A stretch of DNA of 16,538 bases from Promethearchaeum sp. (lineage in GTDB: Archaea; Asgardarchaeota; Lokiarchaeia; Sigyniarchaeales; Promethearchaeaceae). The first letter of the stretch is position 1. Each line of letters begins with the position of its first letter. A program made the position numbers and the translations under genes. The stretch is taken from positions 1-16,538 of the forward strand of contig JAUWOE010000069.1 in NCBI GenBank assembly GCA_030612265.1, read 5' to 3'. The notes under the pieces are model-generated. The model had not been told where the DNA came from. It did no database searches and saw nothing but the letters and a program-made list of their open reading frames with translations. Below, piece by piece: positions 14,430 to 16,538 of this stretch.

Positions 14430-15061
14430 CTATAATAATAAAACAAAATTTTTCAATAGTTTTATCCCATCATTAAACGATGAGGGATCATCCGGATATT
14501 CTGGATGAAATTGAACACCATAAATTTGCCGAGATTTATACTTAATGATCTGAATTTTACAAGAAGGGCTGGAGGCATATATTTTGAAAATATCTGTAAA
14601 TCTTGGAACGAATTCGATTTCTTCTAAGTGGCTTTCGAACACATGGATTTGATCTTTAGGAAATAATTCAAATTTTGGATTTATATTTAGAATTAAAGAT
14701 TTTTCATTTTCAATATTAATAATTGTATTATTAATCGGTTTGATCTCGAAACCATATGCACACGCGATTAATTGTAGACCATAAATATACCTAAAATCGG
14801 TTTCTCATATTTTCTTATGAAATTCATTTCTGTTTGATATTTTTCAATGATTTTTATATCTGATAACATGTGATAAGAACCGGTTAAAAGTAAACCATCC
14901 ATTTTTTTCAAAATATCGATTGTTTCAGGTTTTTCTAATTGTGAATAATGGATATGTTTCCAAATTAATTTATCTTCACAACTCTCAAAGTATTTGTTAA
15001 ATCTTCGTTCAAATTTATCAATCTCTTTATCAAAATTATTAATAATACCTAGAATTTTCAT
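14430..15061 (-). pseudogene. Class I glutamine amidotransferase (GATase1, COG0518/GuaA-N-like), frameshifted at the catalytic Cys codon
   Basis: ORF 14768..15061 ends ...KPILGIFMVYN*. Shifting one frame at about 14782..14787 gives YGLQLIACAYGFEIKPINN...DQIHVFESHLEEIEF, which runs without stops into ORF 14430..14642 (..IYGVQFHPEY, the His/Glu of the triad). The expected nucleophile elbow is GIC-YGLQ. The observed GGTATATTTATGGTCTACAA is what a single G deletion from ...ATA TGT TAT GGT CTA CAA would leave. Confidence 0.65.
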
Positions 15062-15158
15062 AAAACTATTGATAAAAAAATATTACTCAATTTGAGATTT
15101 TCCAAAATTTAAAAACTAAGAAAAAAAAAGAAATGAGAAGAAAAAAGTAGAAAATATA

Positions 15159-15806
15159 TTAAGCAGAAATAGGTAAATTGTTTACTTGGTTGAATTTCTT
15201 ACCGCAATGTTCGCAAAATGTATATGCATTATCTGTTAACATATCTATCATCTTTGGTGTGAATTCTTCTCCACAATCTGTGCAGAAAAACTTAGGACTA
15301 TTAATTGCTGATTTCTTTGGGTGAGAGATTATCGTTGTTTTTGAATTTAATTCTTCAGATCTAGATTCATATCCAGGTTGTTTTGTGCGAATAATTCTCA
15401 TTTCTTTGGGTCTTCTAACAACATACTTTTTAGGTTGAGGTGGAGATTGAACGATTCTTTTATTTTTCTCTTCTTTGAACAATTTCGGATAGAAAATATT
15501 GACAATTTGTTTTAAATTTGAAAAATAATTATCAAGAATTGTTGATAAGTCTTCTCCCCCTGAAATCAGTCCAATTGGCGCAGTTAGAAATGCTACAATA
15601 AGTGTATAGAACATAATTGATAGCCCTAAAAAGGTGGCTTTCAAGATTTCAATAACTAATAGGAAGGTTAATTTTAAAATTTCAAAAGTAAACCAAATGG
15701 CCAAGATCGATATAACTATTGCAAGAATTAAACCAATTATTCTCGTTTCTAAACCTCCGCTCATAAACCAGTTTTCAAGCGTATTCCATGCGTAATCGAG
15801 TATCAT
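15159..15806 (-). CDS. Membrane protein (2-3 N-terminal TM helices), basic/Pro-rich linker, C-terminal zinc ribbon; function unknown
   Basis: 215-aa ORF with hydrophobic segments IIGLILAIVISILAIWFTFEIL and FLGLSIMFYTLIVAFLTAPIGLI. The linker is low-complexity (QSPPQPKKYVVRRPKEMRIIRTKQPGYESRSEE). The C-terminus is CTDC-x22-CEHC. Confidence 0.6.
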   Translation of the reverse strand: MILDYAWNTLENWFMSGGLETRIIGLILAIVISILAIWFTFEILKLTFLLVIEILKATFLGLSIMFYTLIVAFLTAPIGLISGGEDLSTILDNYFSNLKQIVNIFYPKLFKEEKNKRIVQSPPQPKKYVVRRPKEMRIIRTKQPGYESRSEELNSKTTIISHPKKSAINSPKFFCTDCGEEFTPKMIDMLTDNAYTFCEHCGKKFNQVNNLPISA

Positions 15807-15977
15807 TTTTTTTTCACGTTATTTTTTATTAACTTAATCTGATCAAAGGAGATTGCATTATTGAATTTATTAGGAGCCATTTTTTAGCATTTTTTATCAC
15901 ACTAATTTGGAAAAAAAATTAAAAATATTAATTAAGAAATTGAAATTTAGGGGATAATTAGGGAGATCGTGGATCAA

Positions 15978-16538
15978 ATGAAAAATTTTGCCTTAGAGAA
16001 TTTAAATATTGAAGAAACACTTCCTGATATATATTTTATCCATCAAATTAAGGCATCTGCCTATTTTACTCGTTGTGACGGGTTATTGGTATTGCCTCGA
16101 GATAACAGGAATTTAAACCCTGTAATAATTGACCTAAACCTTGAACCTGAATACATTCAAAAAATATATAGTGTTTTCAAATTAAACCAGTATTCAAGAA
16201 TTGATTACATATGTTCACACGGGCACATGGATCATATTTCTCATGTATCAAAATGGGAAAAATTAGGCGCAGTTATTCATTTTCCTTTTCCCCATCAAAA
16301 TAATTTAGTCAGTTTAGATGCTTTTTTAGAGGATTTCGGTTTTTTGAAAGTATTAAGTAAACCTATTGCTGAAATTCTGGGTTCTTTAAATCATTATAAA
16401 CCTTGTAAACGAGATCCTAAAGTTTTTCGCCCAGGCGACATATTAACTTTTGATAAACTTGAAATTCTAACAATTCCGCTTGAAGGACATTCACTAGGTC
16501 ATGTTGGTTTCTTTTTCCCCATCGAAAAACTATTTCAT
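15978..16538 (+). CDS. MBL-fold metallo-hydrolase, N-terminal 187 codons (runs off the right edge)
   Basis: Manual translation gives MKNFALENLNIEE...IDYICSHGHMDHISHVSKWEKLGAVIHFP...IPLEGHSLGHVGFFFPIEKLFH. It contains the HxHxDH motif (HGHMDH) and a downstream GHSLGH motif. The frame is open to the window end, which explains its absence from the ORF track. An alternative GTG start at 15969 lies closer to the GGGAG at 15961..15965. Confidence 0.75.
   Translation, partial: MKNFALENLNIEETLPDIYFIHQIKASAYFTRCDGLLVLPRDNRNLNPVIIDLNLEPEYIQKIYSVFKLNQYSRIDYICSHGHMDHISHVSKWEKLGAVIHFPFPHQNNLVSLDAFLEDFGFLKVLSKPIAEILGSLNHYKPCKRDPKVFRPGDILTFDKLEILTIPLEGHSLGHVGFFFPIEKLFH

Noticed and set aside
15803-15880. 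25-codon upstream ORF (MAPNKFNNAISFDQIKLIKNNVKKK) on the minus strand, whose TGA overlaps the ATG of the 215-aa membrane protein gene (ATGA overlap)
   Set aside because: The ATGA coupling geometry is suggestive. However, the ORF is very short, has no SD or obvious promoter spacing, and such ORFs arise easily in AT-rich DNA. It cannot be supported without conservation or ribosome-profiling data.
1-16538. CRISPR arrays, IS/transposase or integrase genes, tRNA/rRNA genes, and a NurA-like ORF
   Set aside because: I saw no regularly spaced direct repeats, no GC-rich structured RNA-like islands in the AT-rich intergenic regions, no transposase or integrase motifs in any listed ORF, and no NurA-like ORF. 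The only sizeable DNA repeat is the intragenic duplication at 11562-12167.

Overview
AT-rich archaeal chromosomal window. It carries hallmark archaeal/eukaryote-like information genes. An Asgard/Loki-like origin is only an inference from gene content and composition. The left third (1-5.7 kb) is a co-directional housekeeping block: the 5' end of a HAD hydrolase (minus strand), aIF5A, NAD kinase, a Nob1-like PIN/Zn-ribbon endonuclease, FEN-1 and Cdc48/VCP. From about 5.8 kb the content turns accessory and looks more AT-rich by eye. This part starts with a small winged-helix protein and an orphan HerA/DUF87-type ATPase (minus strand, no NurA). A divergent promoter region with a perfect 24-bp palindrome follows, and then a tight three-gene plus-strand operon (8023-13865). 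Gene 1 is a triple winged-helix/coiled-coil protein whose C-terminus resembles the ESCRT-II (EAP30, Vps22/36) tandem WH. Gene 2 is a YdjI-type SPFH/band-7 protein. Gene 3 is a 1176-aa membrane protein with a signal peptide, a sequon-rich PbH1 beta-helix ectodomain, a TM helix, a tandemly duplicated ~100-aa basic-linker plus TM-hairpin module, cytoplasmic helical, beta-sandwich and alpha/beta regions, and a C-terminal Zn ribbon. That operon is my best candidate for an undescribed membrane-remodelling or envelope system. Downstream lie two adjacent genes each broken by a 1-nt frameshift: an MNT-type nucleotidyltransferase, and a class I glutamine amidotransferase broken exactly at the catalytic Cys codon. 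After these come a membrane protein with a C-terminal Zn ribbon and the 5' part of an MBL-fold hydrolase. I saw no rRNA, tRNA, CRISPR array or transposase. All domain calls are by-eye motif recognition and none were confirmed by searches.
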